Shown here: positions 15,252-23,371 of the stretch, piece by piece
Layout: the number at the start of each line of letters is the position of its first letter
Numbering within the stretch: the first letter of the stretch is position 1
IMG/VR virus record: IMGVR_UViG_3300037484_000907
Location: 1-27,783 of that record
Reading direction: 5' to 3' (one strand)
Length of the DNA: 27,783 nucleotides
Origin: a virus
Taxonomy: Duplodnaviria > Caudoviricetes
The notes under the pieces: model-generated
Database searches by the model: none
Seen by the model: the letters and a program-made list of their open reading frames with translations, nothing else
What the model was told of the DNA's origin: nothing
Position numbers and translations under genes: made by a program

Positions 15252-15842
15252 ATGAGCGCGCGGAAATACAAGGCGAACGAGCAGATTGACGGGCTGATCC
15301 GCTGGGCGTATGACCGCTTTCGGAGGCATTGCGATCGCGGGGCGCTGGCGATGGCGGCGCGGCGGATCGGATGGCCCGGGTACGCCGTAAAACATCGCGG
15401 GCGAGATCTTGGATTGGCGCGCGCGAAGGAGCCTATCTGGAGCACTCGCGAACTCGAGCTGTTGGCTAAGTGGGGCTGGATGGGGGACGAGCGGATCTCG
15501 CTGCGATTGAGGGCGGCGGGGTTTTCGCGGTCTGCCACGGCGGTTCACCTGAAGCGCAAGCGGATGCGGATCTGCCGGAACGGGGATTGGTATTCGGCGA
15601 CGTCGCTGGCGGAGGCGATGGGGGTGGACTCGCACAAGGTGATGCGGTGGATTGGGGCGGGGGTGTTGGAGGCGGAGCGGCGGGGGAGCGCGCGGACGGA
15701 GTTGCAGGGCGGGGACACCTATCTGATCTTGCGGGCGGCGGTGAAGGCGTTTCTGCTGCGGTGTCCGGATGAATACGACCTAGGGAAGGTCGAGAAGTTC
15801 TGGTTTCTGGATTTGATCACGGACGGGAAGATATGCCGGTGA
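15252..15842 (+). CDS. Multi-HTH DNA-binding protein (Myb-like repeats plus MerR/Xis-like winged HTH), 196 aa
   Basis: WSTRELELL...ISLRL...RSATAV..KRKR followed by YSATSLAEAMGVDSHKVMRWIGAGVL.A...YLI.R.AV..F. Confidence 0.7.
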   Translation: MSARKYKANEQIDGLIRWAYDRFRRHCDRGALAMAARRIGWPGYAVKHRGRDLGLARAKEPIWSTRELELLAKWGWMGDERISLRLRAAGFSRSATAVHLKRKRMRICRNGDWYSATSLAEAMGVDSHKVMRWIGAGVLEAERRGSARTELQGGDTYLILRAAVKAFLLRCPDEYDLGKVEKFWFLDLITDGKICR

Positions 15843-16168
15843 AGATCTGGGATCAGGCCGCGATCGGCGAGTGGGCGGATGCGACGTTCGGCCGGGCGGC
15901 GAGCGCGGCGATCATTGGCGCTCGCGCGAACGTCGAGATGGCGGAGCTGCTGCGATGGCTGGCGAAAGATCCGAACGGGATGGGAACGCCCACCGAGGAT
16001 GAAGCTGCCGATGTCGCGATCGTTTTGTTTCGCCTGGCGCATCAATGCCGGTTTGATTTGCTGGCGGCGGTTTCTAAAAAGATGGAAATCAATGTCCAGC
16101 GCCGGTGGGAGCGGGAGCCGGGCGGGTGCGGCCGGCACGTTCGGGTGAACGAGGAGGCGGCGACGTGA
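15833..16168 (+). CDS. MazG-like nucleotide pyrophosphohydrolase (dATP/dGTP pyrophosphohydrolase, DUF550-like); start may be GTG at 15839
   Basis: EWADATFG...EMAEL...EAADVAIVL...DL..AV.KKMEIN..RRW matches the all-alpha NTP-PPase pattern. Confidence 0.78.
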   Translation: MPVKIWDQAAIGEWADATFGRAASAAIIGARANVEMAELLRWLAKDPNGMGTPTEDEAADVAIVLFRLAHQCRFDLLAAVSKKMEINVQRRWEREPGGCGRHVRVNEEAAT

Positions 16169-16581
16169 AGGCTCTATCGCTGACACAACCATGGGCCACG
16201 CTGGTGGCGATCGGGGCGAAACGGGTCGAGACGCGGAGCTGGGAGACGGGGTATCGGGGGCCGCTGGCGATTCACGCGGCGAAGGGGTTTCCGGACTGGG
16301 CGATGGATACTTGCCAGGAGAAACCTTTCCGGAGCGTACTTTTGGCGGCGGGAATCGCGGGGGTGTGCGATTTGCCGCGCGGGGCGGTAATCGCGACGTG
16401 CCGCCTGGTCGGTTGTGTGCCAACCGACATATTCTTCCCAGCCGAACGGGAGCGAGCGTTCGGGGACTTTGATTCCGGCCGTTTCGCTTGGCTGCTCGAT
16501 GACATAGTTCCTCTGCCGGCGCCGATCCCGGCCAAGGGCGCGCTCGGACTATGGGCGTGGGAACTGCCGGAGGCGGCGTGA
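16165..16581 (+). CDS. ASCH-domain protein with an intact motif, 138 aa
   Basis: GTG at 16165 with SD GAGGAGG. It reads KALSLTQPWATLVAIGAKRVETRSWETGYRGPLAIHAAK...GDFDSGRFAW.L...PIPAKGALGLW.W. Confidence 0.92.
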   Translation: MKALSLTQPWATLVAIGAKRVETRSWETGYRGPLAIHAAKGFPDWAMDTCQEKPFRSVLLAAGIAGVCDLPRGAVIATCRLVGCVPTDIFFPAERERAFGDFDSGRFAWLLDDIVPLPAPIPAKGALGLWAWELPEAA

Positions 16582-17912
16582 TCACCACCAACATCCCGTG
16601 GGACACCGCGAATGCGGCGCTCGCCAAGAAGCCGATCTATGTTTTGACCATCGGCGGCGAGTCTACCGTTTACGCGACTCATCGGCTGGCGGCCGAGGGG
16701 ATCACGGGGACGCTGCCGGCGTACGAGGCGTGGCTGAAGAGTCCGCGGGGAGCCTCGCAGTCGATCGACGTGCTGAACGGACGATCGTCGATCGGCGAGC
16801 TTGAATTCGAGGTGATCGATCCGGATGGCGATATCCGGACGCTGGTGGGCACTACGACGCTGGAAGGGCGCGCGGCGACGTTGTCGGTGGGTTACCCGGG
16901 AATTGCATATAACGAATTCGTTACCCTGCACACTTACCAGATCTGCAAGATCGTGCCGACCCGCGGATACACGTCCTGGATGTTCCAGGCGCGCGACGTG
17001 CAAATGAGCCAGAAGCGGACGGTGTGGGATCACCCGGAGAACGGCGAGCCGATCTCGGCCGACAATCCGTGGATCGCGCAGGGGACCCCGGCCGAGATTG
17101 TCCAGGCGATGCACCTGTTCGCGCTGGGGCGTTCCGTCGACGAGATCGACCGCACGGGACTGATCGCGCTCGATTCGGGCGCCGAAGGGCTGTTCAAATC
17201 CTTCCGGCCTTACCTGTTCAGCCTCACCGAATCGTTCGAGGCCAAGCAGTTTTTGGAGGCCGAGATTTACAAGACGGCCGGCCTCTATCCGGTGATCACC
17301 AATACCGGGAAGCTCTCGTTCCGAGCTTCGCGGCCGCCGGCCGCCGCGCCGGCGTCGGTGTTCACGTTCAGCGCCGACAACATGATGGTGCTGCCGGAAA
17401 TCGACCGGATGCCGGTGATCAACGAGGTCGTATTCAAGCTCGACTACGACGGCAGCGATTTTGGGACCGAACTGTTTTACATCGATGCGACTTCGGTTTC
17501 GACTTACGGGCGAGCTGGGCAACACACCATCGAATCGAAGGGACTGCGGACCGTTTTCGGCGCACAGTGGATTTGCCAGGACGTGGCCGATCGCTTGTTC
17601 CGGCGGTTCGCCGGCACGCCGGCGGGATTGCGGGGCGGCGCTCCGGTGATCCGGATCGAGGCGTTTTTGTTGAGCCTGCCGGTATGGGTAGGGGACTACG
17701 TTGCGGTGACGCACGCGATGATGCCGGACCTGCTCACGGGCGCCCTGGGCGTCACCGATCGTTTGTACGAGGTGATCGATCGAGATCCGGATTTCGCGGC
17801 CGGGCGGATGCGGTACCGGCTGCTGGACACGGGACTGACGGGAGTTCAGGCGGCGCACAAGCTGGCGTCGTCGGACCGCGATTTCATTATTGGGACGTCG
17901 GAGATTTACTGA
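16578..17912 (+). CDS. Probable tail-tip/baseplate hub protein, 444 aa
   Basis: GTG at 16578 (GTGA overlap, SD GGAGG). Beta-rich with the hub-like pattern ITN.G.L.F...INEV.F..DY...D.TS...YG...GDYV.VT, and it precedes the fibre genes. Confidence 0.7.
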   Translation: MITTNIPWDTANAALAKKPIYVLTIGGESTVYATHRLAAEGITGTLPAYEAWLKSPRGASQSIDVLNGRSSIGELEFEVIDPDGDIRTLVGTTTLEGRAATLSVGYPGIAYNEFVTLHTYQICKIVPTRGYTSWMFQARDVQMSQKRTVWDHPENGEPISADNPWIAQGTPAEIVQAMHLFALGRSVDEIDRTGLIALDSGAEGLFKSFRPYLFSLTESFEAKQFLEAEIYKTAGLYPVITNTGKLSFRASRPPAAAPASVFTFSADNMMVLPEIDRMPVINEVVFKLDYDGSDFGTELFYIDATSVSTYGRAGQHTIESKGLRTVFGAQWICQDVADRLFRRFAGTPAGLRGGAPVIRIEAFLLSLPVWVGDYVAVTHAMMPDLLTGALGVTDRLYEVIDRDPDFAAGRMRYRLLDTGLTGVQAAHKLASSDRDFIIGTSEIY

Positions 17913-17913
17913 C

Positions 17914-18195
17914 ATGGCGAAGAAACAGAAGACAGAAGTCAGGAGTCAGGAATCAGAAGAAGGAAGCGCCGGGGCGGTGGGTCCGGAGGAGACTCTGGAG
18001 ATTTCCATCGTGCGGGAAGGCTGTCCTACTTACATCGTTTCGGCGGACACCGGGTTCGGGATGCTGGCGATGCTGGCCATCTATCGGCTGGCGCAGGCCT
18101 GGGCCGGGCCGGAGGAGTTGCGGCGCGAGGTGGCGGGCGTGATGCGCACCTTCGAGCAGTGGGAAGAGGCGCACCGTGGCGACCCTCACGCTTAG
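17914..18195 (+). CDS. Small hypothetical protein, 93 aa
   Basis: ATG 1 nt after the hub stop, with SD GGAG. The N-terminus is encoded by heptamer repeats. Confidence 0.55.
   Translation: MAKKQKTEVRSQESEEGSAGAVGPEETLEISIVREGCPTYIVSADTGFGMLAMLAIYRLAQAWAGPEELRREVAGVMRTFEQWEEAHRGDPHA
17923..17957 (+). repeat. Five degenerate 7-bp tandem repeats
   Basis: AAACAGA AGACAGA AGTCAGG AGTCAGG AATCAGA. Confidence 0.7.
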
Positions 18196-18643
18196 TTCGC
18201 AGCCCGGGTTCAGCGAGATTCCGGACTCGGCGTTCGATGCCGGGAATCCGCTCACCGCGGCGAACCAGAAGGCGCTGAACGCGGCGGCCAAATTCGCGGC
18301 CGTCCGGTCGGAGGAATTCTGGGGGTATTACAAGCATGGGGAGACGGTGCAACTCCCGATCTCGCCGGCGGACGGGTATGCCTACGAGCGCGCCGAGCTG
18401 CGGTACTCGTTTGACATCTATTGGACGGGCGCGCCTCCCGGGTCGGCGCTGAACGGAACACAAACCCCGCCTACGCGCGGGGCCACCGGCGGTCCGGGCC
18501 ACCTGTTACAGATGGGGTTCAGCGTGGGCCAGGCCACCGGGGTGGTCGATTGCCTGGTGAGTTACCACCAGGATGGCGGCGCGCAGACCGACACACAGGA
18601 TGGAATCCTGGTAGTCACGACGTACGCGAAGAGACAGAGGTAG
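18176..18643 (+). CDS. Minor tail protein, 155 aa
   Basis: GTG with SD GAGG, and its stop abuts the fibre ATG. The N-terminus F.EIPDS.FDAG.PLT...AL resembles fibre-attachment segments. Confidence 0.65.
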   Translation: MATLTLSSQPGFSEIPDSAFDAGNPLTAANQKALNAAAKFAAVRSEEFWGYYKHGETVQLPISPADGYAYERAELRYSFDIYWTGAPPGSALNGTQTPPTRGATGGPGHLLQMGFSVGQATGVVDCLVSYHQDGGAQTDTQDGILVVTTYAKRQR

Positions 18644-21601
18644 ATGCCACAGGTTGCCGCGGCTCCGAATATCGAGCGGACGGGCGTGATCGCGGGATTC
18701 GTGCTCTCCTTGGGGGGCGCGGGCCTGATCCCGGCGATTACGAAGGGCGTGCTGTTCGCCCAGGGATCGATGTATCGTCCCGCGTTGATTCCGATATTGC
18801 CGGCGGCGCCGGCGTCGCAGCAGAGCTGGCTGTTCTACAACTTCGGCAGCGCGTGGTATTGGGCATCGTCATTCACGCCGGGGACTGCCGGCGATGCGTT
18901 CGTGGGCTGGGTTGTGACGTCGGCGAGCGAAGTGCTCGCCGTGAGCGGGCAGCAGATCGGGGAGACGGGCGAGGGATCGACGGTGCTGCCGGGCGGGTCG
19001 GTGAGTCCCGAGGGGCCGGGTGTGGGAGTTCCGGCGGCGCCGGGCAACGTCACGCTCACCAGCATCGAGGTCATCGAGCGCTTCGTTCGGGACGGCGCGC
19101 AGTTCCAGCGGCTGGGCCTGAAGGGCACGGCGCCGGACCCGCTGGCGACATTCCGAGGCATCCACGTCTACGCCGAGATCCCGGACGGGTGCGATGCCGA
19201 ACAGGCGCGCGTGGAGGACGCCGTCGTCGGGACGTCGGTGGTCGGGATCGAACGCGAGCCCATTGATTTCGGAAAACACACCTATATCGCCGAGAACGTC
19301 CACCTGGCGGTGTGGGAGATCCCGGACGTGGAGGCCTCCACGCCGGCGCGGTTCTATGCGGTCCCTTACTCCGAGACCAGGGAGAACGACCTGGTCTATG
19401 CGGACGAGGCCGATCCAACGCCGTCTCTCGCGATCACGCTAACGCCGAACCCAGTCATCATTTCCGGCGAGGAGTATGCCCCGAACGCCTCCGGCTTCGC
19501 GCTGATTGTTGGTTATCCGTTCTACGAACTCCGAAACAACGTCTGGACCTACCAATTCGGGTTCGACTGGATCGCGCCGACCAGCTCGCCGCAGTTCTCG
19601 GCTCTCATCGGCTACGAGGTGGTGTTCGAATACGCGGACGGGTCGCGGGCGCCGGCGGGTTGGATTGCGCCCGATCAGACGACATGGGTATCGGGGCAGT
19701 GGCCATGTCCGTTGACTGAGACGATCATCGCCTGGCTGGTTTCGGCGGGTGCGGAGGGCGAGAACACCATCATCGAGGGTGTCACGCCCAAGTTGACGAT
19801 CACTATTACGCGACCCCTCGATGTGACCCCTGGCCAGGAGTACGCTCCCTTGGTGACTGGGCAGACTGCCTCAGTCGCGGTGGAACAGACCACCGATGGC
19901 GTCGAGACCTATTCGTTCACATTCGCGTGGGGCGCGCCGGCGAGTGATGAGTTGGCCGCTGTCCATGTGTGGGCTCGCGAAACCGTGCGAGATGAGTGGG
20001 TATTTCTGGGCCGCGTCGAAGCGATCGACAACGGCGAGCAGATCAACGGCCCGCACCCGCTGGTGCAAGCCTGCACCTTCGATATTTGGTTTTATAGTGA
20101 AGCGCGCGACGGCCGCGTAAACACTCACTCGGATACCGTCACGCCCCACGTTCATCTGGCGCAGATCACCCCGAGCGCGGATCCAACGATCATTCGCGGG
20201 CGGGTGATTCCGATCGCGGCGCCGCCCGGGCCGGCCTCGAATTCTTCGACCATCCAGACGGCGACCATCGGGGGCGTGCCGTCGTTCCGGTTCCACCTGG
20301 TCACGTCGACCGGCGGTGGGACCACTGACGGGTACTTGGCGCAGGCGCGCTATTACTCCGACTCGGGGGCGACCACTCCCACGTCCGACTGGATTCCCCT
20401 CGGCTGGATCGACCCGGCCGTCACGACGCTGGATACTCCCTACTGGCCACGGCCGGCCGTACAGGATTACGCCAAGGTTCGGATCGCCGCGCAGACCGCA
20501 GACAACACACTGGGCCCGTGGCTGGAGAGTGCCATCCTGACGCGGCCAGCTTCCACGGGGTTAGAGGGAGGCAGCATCGCGCCCGCCACGCTGGTCACAG
20601 CGGCGTTCGCGAACACGATCCGGCCGGTGACGTTGGTAGCCACGGGTTCGGCGCTTCCCGCTCTGCCAAATCCTCTTTACCCGCCCGGCGCCGCCGCCTA
20701 TATCATCGACGCGGCGACCCTGATGAAAGTCAACCAAGCGAACACGGAATGGGAAAAGTTCATCCATGGCGGAAAGGATGTCATCGCCGGGACGATCACA
20801 GCGAACGAGATTTACGCCCATAGCATCACGGCGGGGCAGATCGCGGCCGGGGCGATTGGCACTTCGGAACTCTACGCTGGAGAGATCCTGGTCGGGTCCG
20901 GGGGCGGCAAGCCCACCCGATTCCGGGTCAACGACTCAGGCGGGAATCAGGTCTGTTTCATCGGCGACAACGGCGCCGGTTTCATTGGCGGGTACTTCAT
21001 CAATTTGCTTGTGGGACCGACCATTGGCAGCCCTTGTATCACGGCCAACAGTTCCGGGGTGAGCTTCAGTAACACTCCGCTGACCATCGTCAACGGCAAC
21101 CTGACGGTGACGATCAATGGGACGGACGGGATCAAGGTCACTCACACGTCGTACAACCGATACGTCCTTCTGAACGCCGCGCAGGTTTACGTCGGGCACA
21201 CCACGGATGAAGACAATTTCGCCACCCTGACGAACACGACGCTGAACATTCAGTTCGCGGCCGGCGGGAACGCGGTCGTCGCCCACCATGGCAATGGCGG
21301 CGCACCTTACCTCGTTGTGTATGGCGCGTCCGGGTATATCGAAGCCGCGCTGTTCAAGGCCACCATCAGCGGCAGCACCTACTCCGGCCTGACGTCATCG
21401 GCATCGTTCGGATCTAGTTACGGCCTGACGTTGTACAAGATGCGTCTGGGAGCCACGGACTTGGAATACAGCCCCGACAACGGGGCAAACTGGTATCCGG
21501 TTGGCTCATCGGGGGTCAACTTTGGCGTTGGAATGAGCACCCTCCAGGTGATGACTCTGACGTTTAAGGCCGGCCTTGTGACGAACGTGGGGGTGGTTTG
21601 A
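18644..21601 (+). CDS. Large tail fibre/host-specificity protein with about four FN3/Ig-like domains and a beta-strand shaft, 985 aa
   Basis: Repeated modules (AAPGNV, GEEYAP...F.W.AP...ENT...VTP, GQEYAP...F.W.AP...VNT...VTP, APPGP) are followed by the pentapeptide shaft AGTITANEIYAHSITAGQIAAGAIGTSEL. No signal peptide. Confidence 0.8.
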   Translation: MPQVAAAPNIERTGVIAGFVLSLGGAGLIPAITKGVLFAQGSMYRPALIPILPAAPASQQSWLFYNFGSAWYWASSFTPGTAGDAFVGWVVTSASEVLAVSGQQIGETGEGSTVLPGGSVSPEGPGVGVPAAPGNVTLTSIEVIERFVRDGAQFQRLGLKGTAPDPLATFRGIHVYAEIPDGCDAEQARVEDAVVGTSVVGIEREPIDFGKHTYIAENVHLAVWEIPDVEASTPARFYAVPYSETRENDLVYADEADPTPSLAITLTPNPVIISGEEYAPNASGFALIVGYPFYELRNNVWTYQFGFDWIAPTSSPQFSALIGYEVVFEYADGSRAPAGWIAPDQTTWVSGQWPCPLTETIIAWLVSAGAEGENTIIEGVTPKLTITITRPLDVTPGQEYAPLVTGQTASVAVEQTTDGVETYSFTFAWGAPASDELAAVHVWARETVRDEWVFLGRVEAIDNGEQINGPHPLVQACTFDIWFYSEARDGRVNTHSDTVTPHVHLAQITPSADPTIIRGRVIPIAAPPGPASNSSTIQTATIGGVPSFRFHLVTSTGGGTTDGYLAQARYYSDSGATTPTSDWIPLGWIDPAVTTLDTPYWPRPAVQDYAKVRIAAQTADNTLGPWLESAILTRPASTGLEGGSIAPATLVTAAFANTIRPVTLVATGSALPALPNPLYPPGAAAYIIDAATLMKVNQANTEWEKFIHGGKDVIAGTITANEIYAHSITAGQIAAGAIGTSELYAGEILVGSGGGKPTRFRVNDSGGNQVCFIGDNGAGFIGGYFINLLVGPTIGSPCITANSSGVSFSNTPLTIVNGNLTVTINGTDGIKVTHTSYNRYVLLNAAQVYVGHTTDEDNFATLTNTTLNIQFAAGGNAVVAHHGNGGAPYLVVYGASGYIEAALFKATISGSTYSGLTSSASFGSSYGLTLYKMRLGATDLEYSPDNGANWYPVGSSGVNFGVGMSTLQVMTLTFKAGLVTNVGVV

Positions 21602-22086
21602 TGAGCCCAAACCCGCCTTACATTCCGTGCTGGATGGGCAACGATCCGATCCGCTACTGGGTCTCGCCGGAGTTGGAGTTTTGCCGGCCGCTAAGTTCCC
21701 TGGCGCTCCAGACCTGGGAGCGGGAGCGGACTCCGGACGGCCGGCCGCTGAGGCTGCACTTCGAGGAAGTGGCCATCCCCGGGTTGCCGCGGTCAATCGA
21801 TATCCGCCTGGCGCCGCTGGTGGGGAACCTGGGTATCGCCATGTACCCGCCGCCATTGATTAAGGAGCCATTCGCCGGGGACGTCACGATCAACGCCAAC
21901 TGCAATTGGCAGGACCCGCGCTGGCGGGAGCTGATGCTGGCGTTGTTGATTCACGAGGTTGGCCATGCGCTTGGGTTGCCAGAGTCCTACTTCGCGGAGT
22001 CGGTCATGTGCCCGAACATCGACTGCCGGAAAGTGAACCTGGCGGCGGTTGATAAAGAGATGGTGCTGACGCTGTATGGGAGCTGA
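21601..22086 (+). CDS. Matrixin-like (metzincin) zinc metallopeptidase, 161 aa
   Basis: TGATG-coupled to the fibre. It contains LGIAMYPP...AGDVTIN, HEVGHALGLPE and the Met-turn SVMCP. Confidence 0.8.
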   Translation: MSPNPPYIPCWMGNDPIRYWVSPELEFCRPLSSLALQTWERERTPDGRPLRLHFEEVAIPGLPRSIDIRLAPLVGNLGIAMYPPPLIKEPFAGDVTINANCNWQDPRWRELMLALLIHEVGHALGLPESYFAESVMCPNIDCRKVNLAAVDKEMVLTLYGS

Positions 22087-22087
22087 A

Positions 22088-22444
22088 ATGAGACGGTTCT
22101 TGACAATCATTATTCTGGCGGTGCTCGCGGCCTTCCAAGGCCTCGCGGACCAATGCGGCGAGTTGCCCTGCACTTACATGCTGGTTCCGATGCGGGCACT
22201 GGGCGAGACACTCGGATTCAAGGCGGACTACGACCAGGTGCAGGTTTTCATGCAGGCCGAAAACCTGGAGACACGGGCGTTCCTAGTCACAGTGCGCTAC
22301 CGGTGGCAGGGACAGGCAGCCGAGAGCGTTCACGTCGCGTTGCGGTGGCCGGATGGGTCGAGCATCTTGACGCTATTTTTCTACGACATCCGGGATGTCC
22401 AGATCGAGAGCATAGACATCCGAACGCTGGGGTTCTTGCGATGA
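22088..22444 (+). CDS. Small exported protein with a signal peptide, 118 aa
   Basis: SD GGGAG. The N-terminus MRRFLTIIILAVLAAFQGLA-D has n, h and c regions, and there is one Cys pair (QCGELPC). Confidence 0.7.
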   Translation: MRRFLTIIILAVLAAFQGLADQCGELPCTYMLVPMRALGETLGFKADYDQVQVFMQAENLETRAFLVTVRYRWQGQAAESVHVALRWPDGSSILTLFFYDIRDVQIESIDIRTLGFLR

Positions 22445-22644
22445 ACGAATACAAACTCTCTGACGTCGAGCGCAAATTGCTCGTCGATCTGAACGGTCAA
22501 GCGCAGCAGGCGGCAGCCGCTGCCATCGCGCCCTTCAACAAGATGTCAGAGGGCGTCCTTACCTTGATCGCTCTCCAGCAGGGACTCGCCGGAAATTGGC
22601 AACTGACCGACGATAAATCGGCACTCGTGAAACAGGAGGGGTGA
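22441..22644 (+). CDS. Small helical hypothetical protein, 67 aa (possible fibre chaperone)
   Basis: ATGA overlap. It reads MNEYKLSDVERKLL...WQLTDDKSALVKQEG and its end contains the SD AGGAGG for the next gene. Confidence 0.65.
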   Translation: MNEYKLSDVERKLLVDLNGQAQQAAAAAIAPFNKMSEGVLTLIALQQGLAGNWQLTDDKSALVKQEG

Positions 22645-22645
22645 C

Positions 22646-23371
22646 GTGGCGAAACCAACAGTCCCGGCGGATGGCCAGAAAATCACACAAGCCTTCCTGC
22701 AGGGGGTGACCGATGGACCTTACGCCTGGCAGGATCACGTTAACGCCGGCGGCAAGGTGCTCTCCAACCTGGGCGGGCTGAACATGGCACCGGGCGCCAC
22801 GCTCGGCATCCTGACGTACCTGTCAGACGTCGCCCTGACCGCTCCGACGACGGTTGTATCCTCTCCGGTGGTCTCGCCGGCCGCAAACACTCGGCTGATC
22901 GTCGCGATCTCGCAGGATGCCACGGGCGGCCGGGCGATCACATGGTCGGCCGATTTCGTGGGGCCGACGACGGAGATCGCCACCGGAGCGAACGAGACAT
23001 CGGTGTTTCAATTCGTGGCGCTGAGCGATGGCAAATGGTATTTGGCCTCCAGGCCAATCTTGGGCATCACCGGCGGCGCGGTCTCGCCGGCCATCTACGC
23101 CGGCGGATCGATCTACATGGCCGAGTACACACTCACCGCGCCAACGGCGGAGATCGTCTCTCCTTTGTCGAGTCCGGCGGCGGGCGCCATCCTGGCGGTT
23201 TACCTGACGCAGGACGCCACCGGCGGACGGGCGATCACTTGGAGCGCCGATTTCATTGGACCGACAACGGAGATTGCCACCGGAGCCAACGAGGTCTCGG
23301 TCTTCAATTTCGTCGCGCGGAGCGACGGCAAGTGGTGGTTATCGGCACTGCCGATTTTGGGGGTTGCATGA
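22646..23371 (+). CDS. Tail-fibre-associated protein with two tandem copies of a beta-rich QDATGGR domain, 241 aa
   Basis: GTG with SD AGGAGG. The motif LTAPT...SP..SPAA...QDATGGRAITWSADF.GPTTEIATGANE.SVF.FVA.SDGKW.L...PILG occurs twice, 99 aa apart. Confidence 0.8.
   Translation: MAKPTVPADGQKITQAFLQGVTDGPYAWQDHVNAGGKVLSNLGGLNMAPGATLGILTYLSDVALTAPTTVVSSPVVSPAANTRLIVAISQDATGGRAITWSADFVGPTTEIATGANETSVFQFVALSDGKWYLASRPILGITGGAVSPAIYAGGSIYMAEYTLTAPTAEIVSPLSSPAAGAILAVYLTQDATGGRAITWSADFIGPTTEIATGANEVSVFNFVARSDGKWWLSALPILGVA

Noticed and set aside
16272-17915. Long minus-strand ORFs (also 1924-3093, 2928-4262, 3886-5043, 24828-26033)
   Set aside because: These are antisense shadows of well-supported + strand genes in GC-rich DNA, with no recognisable motifs.
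22175-22235. Copper amine oxidase N-terminal-like motif (LVPMRALGETLGFKADYD)
   Set aside because: Only a short motif resemblance, and the rest of the protein does not follow that domain pattern.
22835-23362. Possible DGR template/variable repeat pair
   Set aside because: Differences are not adenine-specific (T/C and G/C at third positions), both copies are in one ORF, and no reverse transcriptase is present.
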